From: Glycera tridactyla
Taxonomy: Eukaryota
Length of the DNA: 64,000 nucleotides
Direction of reading: 5' to 3'
Assembly (NCBI GenBank): GCA_965644265.1
Contig: OZ286460.1
Location: 28,334,001 to 28,398,000 of the forward strand
Each line of letters begins with the position of its first letter. Within the stretch, counting starts at the first letter, position 1. The position numbers were made by a program, and so were the translations under genes. Shown here one piece after another: positions 1-12,796 of this stretch. The notes beneath the pieces are model-generated. The model saw only the letters and a program-made list of their open reading frames with translations, was not told the origin of the DNA and did not search any database.

Positions 1-948
1 GAAACCATCACAGAAACCATGCCAGAGCCAGAGGAGGCTCCAAAGGTTGAGGCCTCAGTTGAGCCTGAGGTGGCTGTTTGCCCACCTGCCCCTGTAGCAC
101 CGGAAGCAGAGCCAGAAATTGCCGTTTGTATGGGTGCCCCAGTGGTAGAAATCGAAATTGCTGAGAAACCTGTCGAAGTAGAGGAACCAGCAGCAGCTGA
201 GTGCACGCAGGAGCCACCTGTAGTTCTGACGGAGACCATGCCTGAACCAGTTCCAGAGCCTGAGGCAGCTGAGTGCACACAGGCACCTGCTGAGGTTGAG
301 ACCGTGGCCATCCCAGGACCAGAGGCAGTTGAGTGCACTCAAGAACCACCAACCGTTGTGACCGAAGAGATGCCTGAGCCAGCTCCAGTACCTGAAGCAG
401 TGGAGTGTACACAGGAACCACCAGTGGTTGTAACGGAAGAAATGCCAGAGCCACCACCAGCAGAACCTGAAGCAGTCGAATGCACTCAGGAACCACCAGT
501 GGTTGTAACCGAAGAAATGCCTGAGCCAGCTGCAGTAGATGAGGCACCAGCTGCCCAACCAGAAGTAGTGGAATGCGTTCAAGAGCCCCATGTAGCTACG
601 GTTCCAGAATCAGAACATACAGAACATGAACCAGTGATTGCCGTATGTCCACCAGGCCCTGAAGCCCCAGAGCCAGTCGCTGACGAGGCCCCAGCTGCCC
701 CTGCTGAGGTCATAGAAAGCGCACAAGAGCCTACTCTGGCAGCCGCCCCTGAACCAGCAGCTGACGAGGCTGCCCCTGCACAGGACCACGAACCAGGATT
801 AGCCATCTGTCCACCAAAGGAGGATGTACCTGTACCACCAGCCCCAGTTGAGGAACATGCTGAGCCTCCCGCAGCCGAGCCTGCAGCAGCAGAGACGGAG
901 GCTCATGTTGCTGATGATGCAGCTGCTGGAGCCCAGGAAACAACAAAG
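1..948 (+). CDS. Large exon of the CBM48 gene encoding Pro/Glu/Ala/Val tandem repeats (EAVECTQEPPVVVTEEMPEP-type); 5' end lies outside the window
   Basis: The frame is open from base 1 (ETITETMPE...). Donor AAG/GTAACA at 948/949, phase 0. Synonymous third-position variation between repeat units indicates coding sequence. Confidence 0.85.
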
Positions 949-3900
949 GTAACATTCATGCAACTCTCGATTCGTTACCCACATGAATAATACTGCACCT
1001 GTCTCCTCTGGTACTTGGCAGCTGGTGCAGTACATTGTACTGTTTCTCATTTATCAATGATGCAAGGCATCCATTTTCATCCATTTGCCAGAAAGAAGCA
1101 CTGATGAAACATTTCAGTTGATTTCCTGAATTCAGGAAATTCAGTTTCAATTGGAAATCCATAATCTCCTGGATTCCGTCCTCTGTGCTTGCATATAGAT
1201 CATGAGAGAAGCAAGCATGTAACATGTACCGGTAATTACCTGTGATGGTATTTGTGAGGAACACTTCCATCCTAAATATTTTAATGGTACAATGGGGTAG
1301 CTTCCAGAGATATTTGCCATCATTCTCCCACATGACAATTGATGCAACACAATCTGTGATCACCACACCACAGTAGTTTGAAAGATGGGTGGTATTTTGT
1401 TTGGGTCTCCTTATCTCCTCTGGGTTAGTTCCATATTATGAAATTAGCATCTGCTCATAGTGAGATTTATAGATCACAGATTGAAGGTAAAAACCAAAAA
1501 CAGTGAGGCTAATTTTCTTTGAAACATTCTGAATTCCAATAATTGGAAAGGGAAAAATTGGGTGTTCAGAATTTGTTGCGACCTAGCTGAAGGTTTAAGA
1601 ATCTGAGGGAATTTTCTCGAAATTTGACCATATTCTTACAAATTTCACCTCAGCCCATGGGACACACTTGCCAAAAAGAACCAAGGGTATATAATGAGAT
1701 GAATCAGCAGTCAGTCATAAATGGCACATCGGTGTGTAAAATTAACACTTGCACATGCTTGCTACTCAGCTTTACTGTTACATGAAAGAGATTGTTTTGC
1801 AGTGTATGCAAGGCTAACATTTTATTCTTGTTTCAGACGAGTTGCACAGCTGAGTTCCAGTGGGAGCACGGTGGTGAACAAGTGGCGGTTCTAGGAAGCT
1901 TCAACGATTGGTCAGAACATTCACTTACAAACTGGTATGTACCAGTTTGTGTATCAGATTATAACATGGTCGGAAACAGTCATATCTTGGTAGTCACATA
2001 TCTTTTCTTGCAATCAATACATGTAATTGATTGCCCAAAACTCATAGTCAGAATTTGTTTGGGCTTGTTGTGTAATAGTGAAATCTCTGCAAATTTGACA
2101 TCAGTGTTTTATTGGTAGCTGTACAAAAAGCCTTTCAGGCATAAGTATGCATTGAAATCATATCTTATATATGTGTCAAGTAGAATGTTGTGGGCAAGTT
2201 GTAACAAATATGTGCCTACTAGAATATTGTGCGCAAGTTGTAATGAATATGTGCCAACTAGAATTTTGTTGGTTGTAATAAATACAGTAGAACCTGCTAG
2301 AGCGCGATCCTGTGCACAATGAAATCCTGTCTACAGCGCTTACTGGTACCCCAAGGTCCACCCAAATGTTTTTCCGTCGGAGACGGTACTGTTTTCACTC
2401 TGGGATTCCCTCTCAATCTAGACGATAAAATCGCCCAGTTTTGTGGAGGACTCCGTAGAGAAACGTGAGAAAGTCGGCGAAACTAGACATTAATAGCCGA
2501 CACAGTCCGGGTACGACCCTTTTTAAAAGATGCTTCTGGAATCATCAGAATTAGATCGGCCTTGCCTGAAAAATATGCGATTTGTGTGAGAAACTTTACT
2601 TATTACGTGAAATACAAAGAAATCTGGACAATATCGATAAATGACTGCGTGAGAACGTTTGAAACGAAAGATATGACGGAGAAAGCGACACTTACGGATA
2701 GAGAGCGCGGAATTTCTCGGGGAAGCCTTTCTGGTGACGTCATTATATCGATATGCAAATGAGGCGGCGATCCATCTTTAACGCTGGAGGTGATAAAGAA
2801 TCGACACAGATATCTCTCGCGATCCCTGATTGGCCAAATTGCCGGAATCGCGGCGAAATCCACCAATCAGCGACCTGCTTTCATGGGGCTCTCGTCGCGA
2901 GATGTCAACAATGTGCGCAGAAGACGATTTCCGACCATCTGCGCAGGTTTCGGAACCACGAGGAAGCCGAGCTAACGAATGAATCTTATCACGTTTGACA
3001 TGTTTTTCAAGGCGATTCGACGTATATATACGAGTGTTTCCACAATCCCGATGACATTTATATACGGACGGGTGTTTTCTTTCGTTATATATGCAGTTTG
3101 AGAGTTGACAATCTGTCTACAGTGAAACCTGCTCGAGAGTAAACCTGCGCTAGGCAAAATCCTGTCTTAAGCACATACCCCACGGTCTGCCCGGATGTTA
3201 TTTTCTCACTATAATTGTCCTGCGCTAAGCAAGATCCTGTCTTAAGTGAAAGAAAAATTTGGTCCCGTGACTTTTCACTTAAGACAGGTTTTACTGTATT
3301 TGTTCGTTTGAAGCGAATTTCCGTCGTCTTATAATTCAATTGTAGAAATACCAAGATGGCGGGCGCGGGTTTCTTCATGTTGCTTCACATGACGAAAAAT
3401 ACGTTTAATGGCGAAATGAAGAAGAATCACTTCGAGCTAGGTCGCGTGTGCCGAGATTTCGATGTTTTCTTTCGTTATATATGCAGTTTGAGAGTTGAAA
3501 ATCTGTCTATTTGTTCGTTTGAAGCGATTTCCGTCGTCTTATAATTCGATTGTAGAAATATCAAGATGGCGGCCGTGAGTTTCTTCATGTTGCTTTACAT
3601 GACGAAAAATACGTTTAATGGCGAAATGAGGAGGAATCACTTCGAGCTAGCTCACGTGGGGCGAGATTTCGATGTTTTATTTCGTTATATATGCAGTTTG
3701 ACTAGTGACAATCAGTCTATTTGTTCTTTGGAGGTGATTTCATCAAGACTGGAGTCAATTCCAACATAGCCANNNNNNNNNNNNNNNNNNNNNNNNNNNN
3801 NNNNNNNNNNNNNNNNNNNNNNNNNNNNNNNNNNNNNNNNNNNNNNNNNNNNNNNNNNNNNNNNNNNNNNNNNNNNNNNNNNNNNNNNNNNNNNNNNNNN

Positions 3901-6693
3901 NNNNNNNTCCCTTTAAATTACCACCTCTCCACTGTAAATCGATGACCATTCTTCTTTTTGAAAAAATTTCTTGTTTCTACTATAATTGACCTGTATATAG
4001 CGAAAGCTTTTTTTCCTGTATGTAGCAAAAAGCGAAGTTGACATCGAAAATCAGGATTGAGCAATTCTACTAGTTCTGCTTATTGAACACGGCGTTCGCG
4101 GCTTACCCCATAAACTAACATATAGAATATAGGCACACTATGGTTGAATTTTTGCCCAAATTGCTAATCCAAAGGGACAATTGACCCATAATGTCATATT
4201 TCTAGATGAATCTGCCTCTACATTTAATTTGGAATGAAAGTATTGTCGTGGGGAAAAATAATAGGTCTTAATTTCACTCATTATCTGTGGTTGCAGCGAT
4301 GGTGTCTTCAAGTCCAGTATAGAACTTCCAGAAGGTCGTTATGAATATAAATATAAAGTAGATGGTGAATGGAAGGTCAATGCAAGTCAGGTAGGTCATT
4401 TTGGTCTCTTTTTTGCAGAAGCTTGTCCTTGATACTCAAGCCTCCCCTTTTACAAAATAAATTTTATTTTCAATGTGAGATAAGTTTCAGTATTTTGCCC
4501 CCTAGTAGATTTCCTGTCAATTACCTTCAGTTAAGGCAGCTAGCAAGCAGGTGTAATGGCTGGGGTCAGTTTGTGAGAAACAGAATCCTCTGTCATGGTG
4601 ACCATCGAATCTGATTAGTTTTTGAATTCAGTCATACAGCAGTACGTCAGAGTGACTGCCACAAAATCACGGAGTTTGAAGCTGGTATTCCTATGTACCG
4701 GTACATCACTCAAACCAATCCAGCCTCTGATCTCATAACTGATCCAAGACCTTTGTGATTCACCGTATTCTCTCTAATTAGCGCCCGGGGCACTTGCTAA
4801 TTGAGAAAGGTCGTTGCTTATTTGTTCGAGGCGATAATCGGGTATTTTGGCATACAAACGCCGGTGGCTGGTGAAATATCAAAGAAGCATTCGATGAATG
4901 TATTCCCCGATTTCTATTTGTGTCATATGGAAGAAAAAACGAGAAAACTATGATGATACAACCAATATTCACCGAATAAAGGATGGCATTCGCATAACCA
5001 CTCTCACTTAATTAGGGGATATACGGTATCTATATCAGTATTCCTAGTGTTTGCCCAGCTTCAATGAAATGATCATTTGGTGTGATTGGTAGAAATTCTG
5101 CATTGGCGATTTGAATTCCGAAATCCTGCTTCAGTCTCATATTCCATCATCCAGAAAGCCCGGGCAATTTCTTGAATCAAAGCATCTCCATTATTGAGTG
5201 ATATTTGCATTTTGTTCAGAGTGTGTCAGGCAGTTATTGACACAAAGACAGGTAGGTGTGAGACCCTCCTTGGAAGCTATGTTTGTGTGTTCCGAGTTCT
5301 GCATGCAAGCAATGTTCTTGTCTTATATATCTTAATTCATAATTGAAAGTCAGGAATCTATTGCCTTTCTTGAAAATTTTGCAAATTTTCTGACCATGCT
5401 CAGGAAGACTTCTAAATTTTTTAGCTCAGTGAAATATTCATGAAGATAACTTCACTTTCTGTTTCGATTTATTTATCTGTGGTCCAAGGTATTACTTGAT
5501 ATGCTCGGGCCTAATTTTTACCAGGTATTTCAACAATCCAGGTGCACTCATAAAGTGGCATTATCTCATTATTTATCCATCAAAGATTGTCATCCCTCTT
5601 CGAATAAAATTTGTCAAGACTCCTATCGATATAGAAATTGGTATGAATCCATAATTGATTACTCAACTGAGTAAAATGCAGGATGAAGAAACTGGCAGCA
5701 GATTGGTGATGCAGTGAAATCTCCATAAAGAGAACACCTTTAATGTCATCAAAAGACAGTCTTACAGAAGAGGTGGTCTATCAATGGACATATATCTCGA
5801 TGGCTCGGCGCAATACTTTGTTAACTCAGTACTTTGTCCATAGTGAGTTAGCCTAGTATTACACTGAGCCATCGCTCTGACTATGTCAAATAGGAAAGCT
5901 GTCATGGGGGAGTGGTCTCCCATCAGAGGTGGTCCCTCATTGGGGTTTCGCTGTATCGGCATATGTTGGGTAACTGGGACACAAGGTTGAATGTTGGACT
6001 TCCTTTTATCCACACATGTTTACCAGGGTAGCATGAAATATAACCTGAATTAGAGAACTGTCTTTGTGTTTGAGGCTACTTTGTTTGCCATGATGGAGGA
6101 AAACCAGTTATATTTTCAGAGGGATTTCATTTGATTTGGTGATAGTTTCTGTTAACATTCTCCATGAGAGAATATTCTAACCTGATTCATGTTGCAAATC
6201 AGAGAATAACATTCTAAGACATTGGTTTATTTGTCTAATCGTTGCAATTTTCTGGGTAGTATGGTGATGTTTCATGTATTGGTAACTTGGAAATTGACCT
6301 AGTGATGAATTAGAAAAGCCAGATCAGGAATTGATTGGGCTGTTACAGGTACATGTACCAGTAACCCAGACTCAAATCTTTATTTGAAGCTTTATAATAG
6401 ATTCCTGTCTACATTTAGCACACATTTGCACTTGGAGATGTCATGAGAATTATGGAATAGAAGCTCTCATTTGCTATGGTTTTCTTCAAAATATCAGAGC
6501 AGTAGATGGTGCCAACTCGCAGAATCGTTAGCACTTATCAGACTTCTCTGAATTTGAACATATGTATTTAGGTTGATGTCATTTTGCTACTTTCTTATAT
6601 TGGTCCTTGTTTCATCATCTGATTTTTGTTGTTTGCATCTTTTTTCAGGAACAAGAAGGAGAAAATAACATAATTGTAGTAGCAAAGGCATGA
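1..6693 (+). CDS. Partial gene: acidic Pro/Glu-rich repeat protein with C-terminal AMPK-beta-like glycogen-binding domain (CBM48). Exons <1-948, 1837-1934, 4297-4390, possible micro-exon 5230/5234-5251, 6649-6693
   Basis: Open frame from position 1 to a GT donor at 949. Phase-compatible exons give TSCTAEFQWEHGGEQVAVLGSFNDWSEHSLTNC-DGVFKSSIELPEGRYEYKYKVDGEWKVNASQ-EQEGENNIIVVAKA*. This matches the AMPK-beta CBM pattern (F.W..GG..V...GSFN.W; LPEG...YK..VDG.W; NNII). Canonical AG/GT junctions. Confidence 0.85.
1837..1934 (+). CDS. CBM48 gene exon (TSCTAEFQWEHGGEQVAVLGSFNDWSEHSLTN)
   Basis: Branch-like GCTAAC and TTTCAG acceptor at 1836; TG/GTATGT donor at 1934/1935, phase 2. Confidence 0.9.
2175..2280. 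repeat. Short ~39-bp tandem repeat, about 3 units
   Basis: Repeated TAGAAT.TTGTG.GCAAGTTGTAA...ATATGTGCC.AC. Confidence 0.7.
2369..3975. mobile_element. Helentron/HINE-like non-autonomous element, family A, copy 1 (intron 2 of the CBM48 gene)
   Basis: Starts TTTTTCCGTCGGAGACGG (hairpin CCGTC-GGA-GACGG) and ends ...AATTTCTTGTT. Homologous to 14983-15970 and 62483-63871. Contains ~210-bp internal repeats and an assembly gap. Confidence 0.7.
3120..3296. mobile_element. Tc1/mariner (pogo/Tigger-like) MITE nested in the family A element
   Basis: TIRs CAGTGAAACCTG...CAGGTTTTACTG flanked by TA...TA. The neighbouring repeat unit (about 3500-3520) shows the empty site. Confidence 0.85.
4297..4390 (+). 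CDS. CBM48 gene exon (DGVFKSSIELPEGRYEYKYKVDGEWKVNASQ)
   Basis: TTGCAG acceptor at 4296 completes the phase-2 codon; CAG/GTAGGT donor at 4390/4391. Confidence 0.9.
4763..5026. mobile_element. Tc1/mariner-type MITE
   Basis: Imperfect TIRs CCGTATTCTCTCTAATTA / TAATTAGGGGATATACGG; TA at the right flank. Confidence 0.55.
6649..6693 (+). CDS. CBM48 gene last coding exon (EQEGENNIIVVAKA*)
   Basis: Strong polypyrimidine tract TTTTTCAG at 6641-6648; NNIIVV corresponds to the last CBM48 strand; TGA stop. Confidence 0.75.
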   Translation, partial: EQEGENNIIVVAKA

Positions 6694-7218
6694 GGAGTCC
6701 TGTTTGGATTAGACGGACGGACTGGTATATAATAATAATCTTACCTAGCAGCTGTCCTGGTTGCTACAGCATCTGACCACCACTGTGCCAGCATTCGACT
6801 ACCAGATGAAACTCCGATACAACAAGAAAACTCAACGAACAAGTCACGGCAGATGATGTGGCTTGATGCAACAGAGACGTCGGCGGTGACGCGTTGAATG
6901 ATGTCATAGTGGTGCGATATCTCAAGTATGGGACTTGTATACATGTGAAATGGTCACAGAACATTACCCAGTCACACTGGCGGAGAAACTTCCGATGTAT
7001 ATTGGACACTTGTGTGCCAATCAAGAACACCAGCATCTGAAGGAAGGAGAATTTCTGTATTTGTCATTGTCATTTCAATATTGATTTTATTTTTGCCGGA
7101 CATTGTCGGTATTTAGTGCTTGCAGTGAAATATCCAAAACGTCAAGACTGAGTTTATTGTAACATCATCATGTATGTTATGATCGGTTAAAATGGAAACA
7201 CCTCAGTAACTTTGGGTG

Positions 7219-7224
7219 AATAAA
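7219..7224 (+). terminator. Candidate poly(A) signal of the CBM48 gene
   Basis: AATAAA about 0.5 kb after the stop codon, followed by T-rich sequence. No transcript evidence. Confidence 0.3.
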
Positions 7225-10200
7225 ATTTCATTTTGAATGATGATGCCAATCCAGATTGACTGCTTTTGAGGTGCTGATGTTTTTAATTTGGTGCAGGCAT
7301 GGCCAGCTCTGGATTTTTCAGGGGGTGGGGACATGGGACATGTTTCAGCAATTCCATGTTGTATGAAGTGTTTGTAATAAAATATAGTCGCAGCCTGAGC
7401 AGGTATGCTTCAATGAGTGCCCGAGAGCATTTTACTGGACACATCGGTCATCCACAGTTGTGCAGTACGTTGTATAGTCCATGCATTCTTTTCTTGACGC
7501 ATGACAGATTTTGAGAGCATTTATGATGACGCCTTGGATGTGTTTCGATCGAAAATGTGTCTCGAGCACTGAGATTGTGTTCTTCTCCTGCTTTGCCACT
7601 TGTGATGTCAGTCCCCCACATGCTGCCGCTGCCGCTGGTGACCTTGAACTCAGCCTGCGACCACGAGAAGAAGTTTCTGAATCCTACTGTCGTACATCAT
7701 CCCACAGGGACGTCATTATGCAAGCCTGTTCCCTGTCTATTGGTTCATGAATAGATATCTTGCCTTTGAATATTATTGTAAGGTAGCTACAGGTGTTCAA
7801 TCGATTCTTCTATTTGACGACTTCTCTGTGATGTAGACCTGGGTAAACAACGTTTTCATGTGGTTGCAGTCTCTGTTTATGGGTCGTACCGCTACCCGTC
7901 TAAATCCACAACCTTCGAACTCAGCTGATATTTCTTGTGGAGTCCTGCTCTAGGCAAGTTACACTCATGGCAACAATCATAGACTCATCTCATGGCTCTT
8001 CGCCGGTCTCTTCAAACCAGATGAGTTGTGCCTCAATTCTAAAAGCATTTATTCCAATACCAGGGCATGATCAGAATAACAGGGAGAGGAGATTGTTTAT
8101 TTGGGCCCTGCCTTCACATCACTGATGTGATTATAGTCATGTCAAATATCCGTAGCTTCAAACTTCAGTTAATGAATATTCATTCATCACATCAAAGGAG
8201 AAACTCCTAAAGGAGGTAGAATGTCCTATCTCATTTGGCTTTGGATAGAACACAAACTATCAGGGGATTTTCTACATCCAGCTGCGTGAGTTGATGTTAG
8301 AGAATCCAGGGTACCTCAGATTTCATTTCTACATACCCAAGTGAAGCAGTTTGTATATCTGTAATTTTGCCTGCCACTAAGTGTACATTCCTATACTTAG
8401 CTGGTCTCAAAGCTTCAATGCAAAAATGGTACTCTCATTCGTCTGTTGATGCTACTTGAAAAGGGCGCATCAGCTAACACAGGATCCACCATAGCAAATT
8501 CCTGAAGATCAGCAGGTGATGGGTTTCTGTTGCAATGACAAGAGAGCTTGTCATCCAGAAATCACACTTAGGCTAGTAGGTAATATTACTTTTTTCCAGT
8601 CTGTCAATAGTTTGTGCAGGTCCTTCAATCAGCAGTACTTCAAGTTGGTCCATGTTCGCTAATGTAGTTGTACATTGATGAGGTGGACACGCAAATATTC
8701 AGACGTATCTTGACCATGATGATGATTTGATCATAGAGTCAGATATTTCATTATTGCTTGACTCTGGTCATTTTCTGTACATATGACTCGTCATCAATGT
8801 CTTTCTACATGTGTTGATGCAGTCACTATTGGAGTTTTTGGTGGCCCAGCATCAAAATGTAGTGCAAATGGACTACACATTTTTCCATTTGCATTTCTAC
8901 GTTGATGCAAACCGGGTAAAAGAAGCTCTCAGATGTTGAAGATTTCCCAGGGAAGCTCTTCACTGCTGGGGAACCTGCAGTGACTTTGAAGGACCTACAT
9001 TTCTGTGTGTGTGTTGAGAATCAAGCAGATAGGTGCATTATGATGGCAAGAGCAGCATGGAATTGAATGGTGTTTGATACCTTGGTCTGGCAATGTCACA
9101 AATACAGATTGTAATTTAATGTATAGTCGTGAATGTAATATAGTATACATATTGATGATAATGACAATGATATTGTGTGTTTATTGTGTATGTCTCTGTC
9201 CATGTTTGCCATTACTTACTGATTTGAGAGTTAAGTCAAAACATCAAATATGTGAGAGGTCACATCAATAGTTCCTGAGTTAGACGCTGGGGTAGAGTGG
9301 GGTGGAGCAACAAACACTCACACGATTCAAAGTGCCCTAAATGGTTCAGGGATTTATGATTTATCATGTTCACCCCAACCCCTCCTGGTTATTTTCACGA
9401 ATAACTTTCAACTAGCGCATATATTTACATTCGAGGATTGATCCTCAACTGATCAAGTGTCTGCTGTGGGGAGGGATAACATTTAATCTCTGCTGTACAG
9501 TGAAATTTGGACCCATATTTTTTTGGTCCACCATTGTAGAAACAATGATAAATTTTTTTGTGTATCTTACCCCGTTATCTTTTGGGGGAGTACATTGCAA
9601 CAGATGCAGTAGGAGAGGTTCACACTCGGTAACAAGATGAATGTCACAAGCTTATATTGGTGATGGTTTTTTCCATTTTGATACTCGTGTACATAGCAGA
9701 CCACACTTGAATCACCGGTGTAGTATTGATAGGTTAGCTGCGATGCCTTCACACTCATCCCACAATCCATTTTGTTGAGTGGCGTGCCATACAGATCGTA
9801 CCAAAGTGCCTGAAATATTCAACATCATATAAATGTCGGTTCTATCTCACATTTTTTCCCTCGGTGAAAGTGGAGATGGATGGCGAAATTTTGTGCAACA
9901 CACAAAAATGAGGCTTATTTCTCGGATCATCATGGAGAATGTTTAAATGGTATGAAGTAATTGTATTTGGAATAGCTCGGTGTTTTTTGTAAAATTTTCT
10001 CGAATTACCAGAGTTGTAATACACCGTAAAATTCAATTAATAATATCCCACATTGAATGAATCTTAATCTGTAGCATCCAAGCACATGGTGATTTTGATA
10101 GTGTAAGTGATTGACCAATACTGAAGCAGATCAGCATGATGAAAGACAGGATGACCTCGAAAAGTATTATGTGAGTGTGGTAAAACTTACATTACCAGCA

Positions 10201-12221
10201 GTATTGTATATAGACACTCTAATATTGCTGCCAAAATTCACTTGTACTGGGTATCCTCGTGGCTACAACTAACTGTGGATGAATATCCAAAATGTTTGGG
10301 AGAAATCGGCACAGATCTTGACATGAGTTGTCCTGTTTAGGATCCATTTTGATGGCATATTATGGGGAAATTCACATCTGATATCAGATAAAACTGATGA
10401 GTTTTTTTCTGCTATTGCATGATTGTGCTGTTTCTTTTCGAAACTTTTGATGTATTGTAAAAGTATCATCATCTACACATGTACGATGAGGATATGGATA
10501 AATCACATATCTGTAGCCTGGTAGGATGCAGGCCCAACTATTGTATAACAAGTGGCATCTTGTGTTGAATAGCCAAACTACAAAACTTGTACAGACTACA
10601 TCAGTCATTGCTGTTTATTGGAGCAAAAACCAGGGTTGCATTTTAACCATTTCTTCAGTTTGGTATACAAATGCATTTGGCATAAGCAGGGATGCCAATT
10701 TTTAGAGAGAAAAAATTAGAATTCCAGAAATTGAAGCTGAGAATTTCCTGCAGTCGGACTGGAATATGTGGGGGAAAATATTTCCAAGAAGTCTACATCA
10801 TCTCCTTTGGGACACTGCACCCATGAAATAGAGAAAATGTACAGGCTCAATATTATGAAGGGTCAAATTTGATTTTGTTCATTCATCAAGAAGCTGGTAT
10901 TTCAAAATATTGAGACAATTTGGATGATTCTGGGGGTTGTGGACAGACTAAGCCATCAGTAATTATGGAAAAAGTGATTGGACAGACCCCAGATGACTGA
11001 GTTCTGTTTAAATTTCAGCAGAAACCACGCTCGGTGAAAGAGAATTTTTGTCTTGTGCAGACTGTATATATTTAATATGTACGACCGCTCAGTATTCTCA
11101 ATAGTTTTGAACTGAGACTCATATATCAATGTTTATGATGATATTGGATCGTGTTTACCGTGTCGATTTGTGAGGGGTCTCCGTGACAAGACATATCAAT
11201 GATGGATCACACTATACCCTGTCAGTTGATTTTTGTGACTTATATCAATTCTACAATGCCAAATCTGAGATAAACATGACTTGTTCTTCACAAGTATTTC
11301 TCAAGTGTCAGAATGATCAATGGAAAGAAATGATTGAATTCCATTTGGGGAAGATGTCTACAATTCTGAAAATTTTCATATAATATCATTTACTAAGTAT
11401 GTTTTTTTCACCACACTTCTCAATTGAATGCTTCTGTTTAGCAGACAATCTGTCATCAAGATTATTGAGGGCTGTGCCATCTTTTTTGAGAGGGAATCCA
11501 TGGTTTCATATTTATAGTACTAGACCAATTTAACAATATCTGGTACTTTTGGCATGAAGGAGCACAAACTGTCAAAAAGGAATGGACTCACTAATTGTTT
11601 GATGATTTTGAGACCTATTTTGGTGGTTATAGCTATCGCTATAATGAAAAAAAAATCGAATCATTCTGTGATGTGAAGCTGGTGAAGTGGACAGTTGATG
11701 CTGATCTTCAGCAAGTTTCTGTAATCATTGGTAAAGCACCTATTAATCAAAGTGAGTTCTCTCGTTGGAACCCATAAATTAGTTCAATTTGTATCAAATT
11801 TTAGTGGGTCCATACAGAGGGTTCTGTATCTGGCTGTTGGTGTGGAGTCTCATGAAATAAGAACAATGCTTACTCCACTTCTAGCCATTCAGAATTAAAA
11901 AGAAAGAGAAATGAGCAGAGAGTCAAACATTGGCATTCATTGAGAAAGGTGTGGTGGTAACATCTGGCATGGCCAGGGTGCTGCTTCTCTTGCTGGTCCA
12001 TAGTGCTTGCTTACCATGTTGTAGCCAACATATTTTGTGTCATTCTCTGCCTTTGTGTGGTATGAAATTATATTCATACAATAGTACTAGTAAAGTTATA
12101 TGTTTTCTATCCATGTGTTTGAGTTTTTTCTCTGGCATCATTCATGATTTCACCCACTGGCGAAGACAGCATATCTCACTCTCGCCCACTAAGTGTGTCA
12201 GAAATGAAACTGGGCTATATA

Positions 12222-12352
12222 CAGTTGAACCTCGATTGACCACCTGTCTATAACCACCTCTCAACAGTAAATGTCCTCTATAAAGACCACCTGCTAATAA
12301 AGACCACTTTTTGATAAGACCGAAGGTGGTCTTTATAGAGAGGGTTAGACTG
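12222..12352. mobile_element. Tc1/mariner MITE, GACCACCT family
   Basis: TA-CAGTTGAACC...GGTTAGACTG-TA with internal AAAGACCACC/GGTGGTCTTT motifs. Confidence 0.75.
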
Positions 12353-12796
12353 TACCAAAACTAGGGAGTCCTTTTAAAAACCTGTGTTACCAATTCTCAA
12401 CCTTTTATCAGAGACTTTCAGGCGTGAGTATGAGCTTCCTGCCAGTCACTTCGTCAGATATGCCATCTTCAAGCTCATCATCATATTAGAATGGTACAGG
12501 TCTAAACTGTCAGCTACTTTCAGTTGACAAACTTTCTGCTTCCCCCATTATCTCGTGTGATAACCACAGTGAACTGAGCATCCATCTTTCATAGACTAGG
12601 AACAGTTGAAGATTGGGTAGACCAGGACGCTCATGAGTGGTACCCATGTTTTACAAATTGACACATTTGCTACAGGGAAACCATATGCTATCCACGCAAA
12701 AGACCGTCCAGATTGATGGTTAGAATAGTTGTGAAGAAAAGAGCTGGTGATTTTGAAGACCGATGTTTGAGGGCAGTCAAAAACAAGGGCCAGATA

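Noticed and set aside
8-955. Minus-strand ORFs of 179, 178, 75 and 74 aa
   Set aside because: Antisense shadows of the repetitive Pro/Glu exon; no independent motifs.
1792-2118. 108-aa ORF as a stand-alone gene
   Set aside because: Only 1837-1934 is exon; the flanks are intron read-through.
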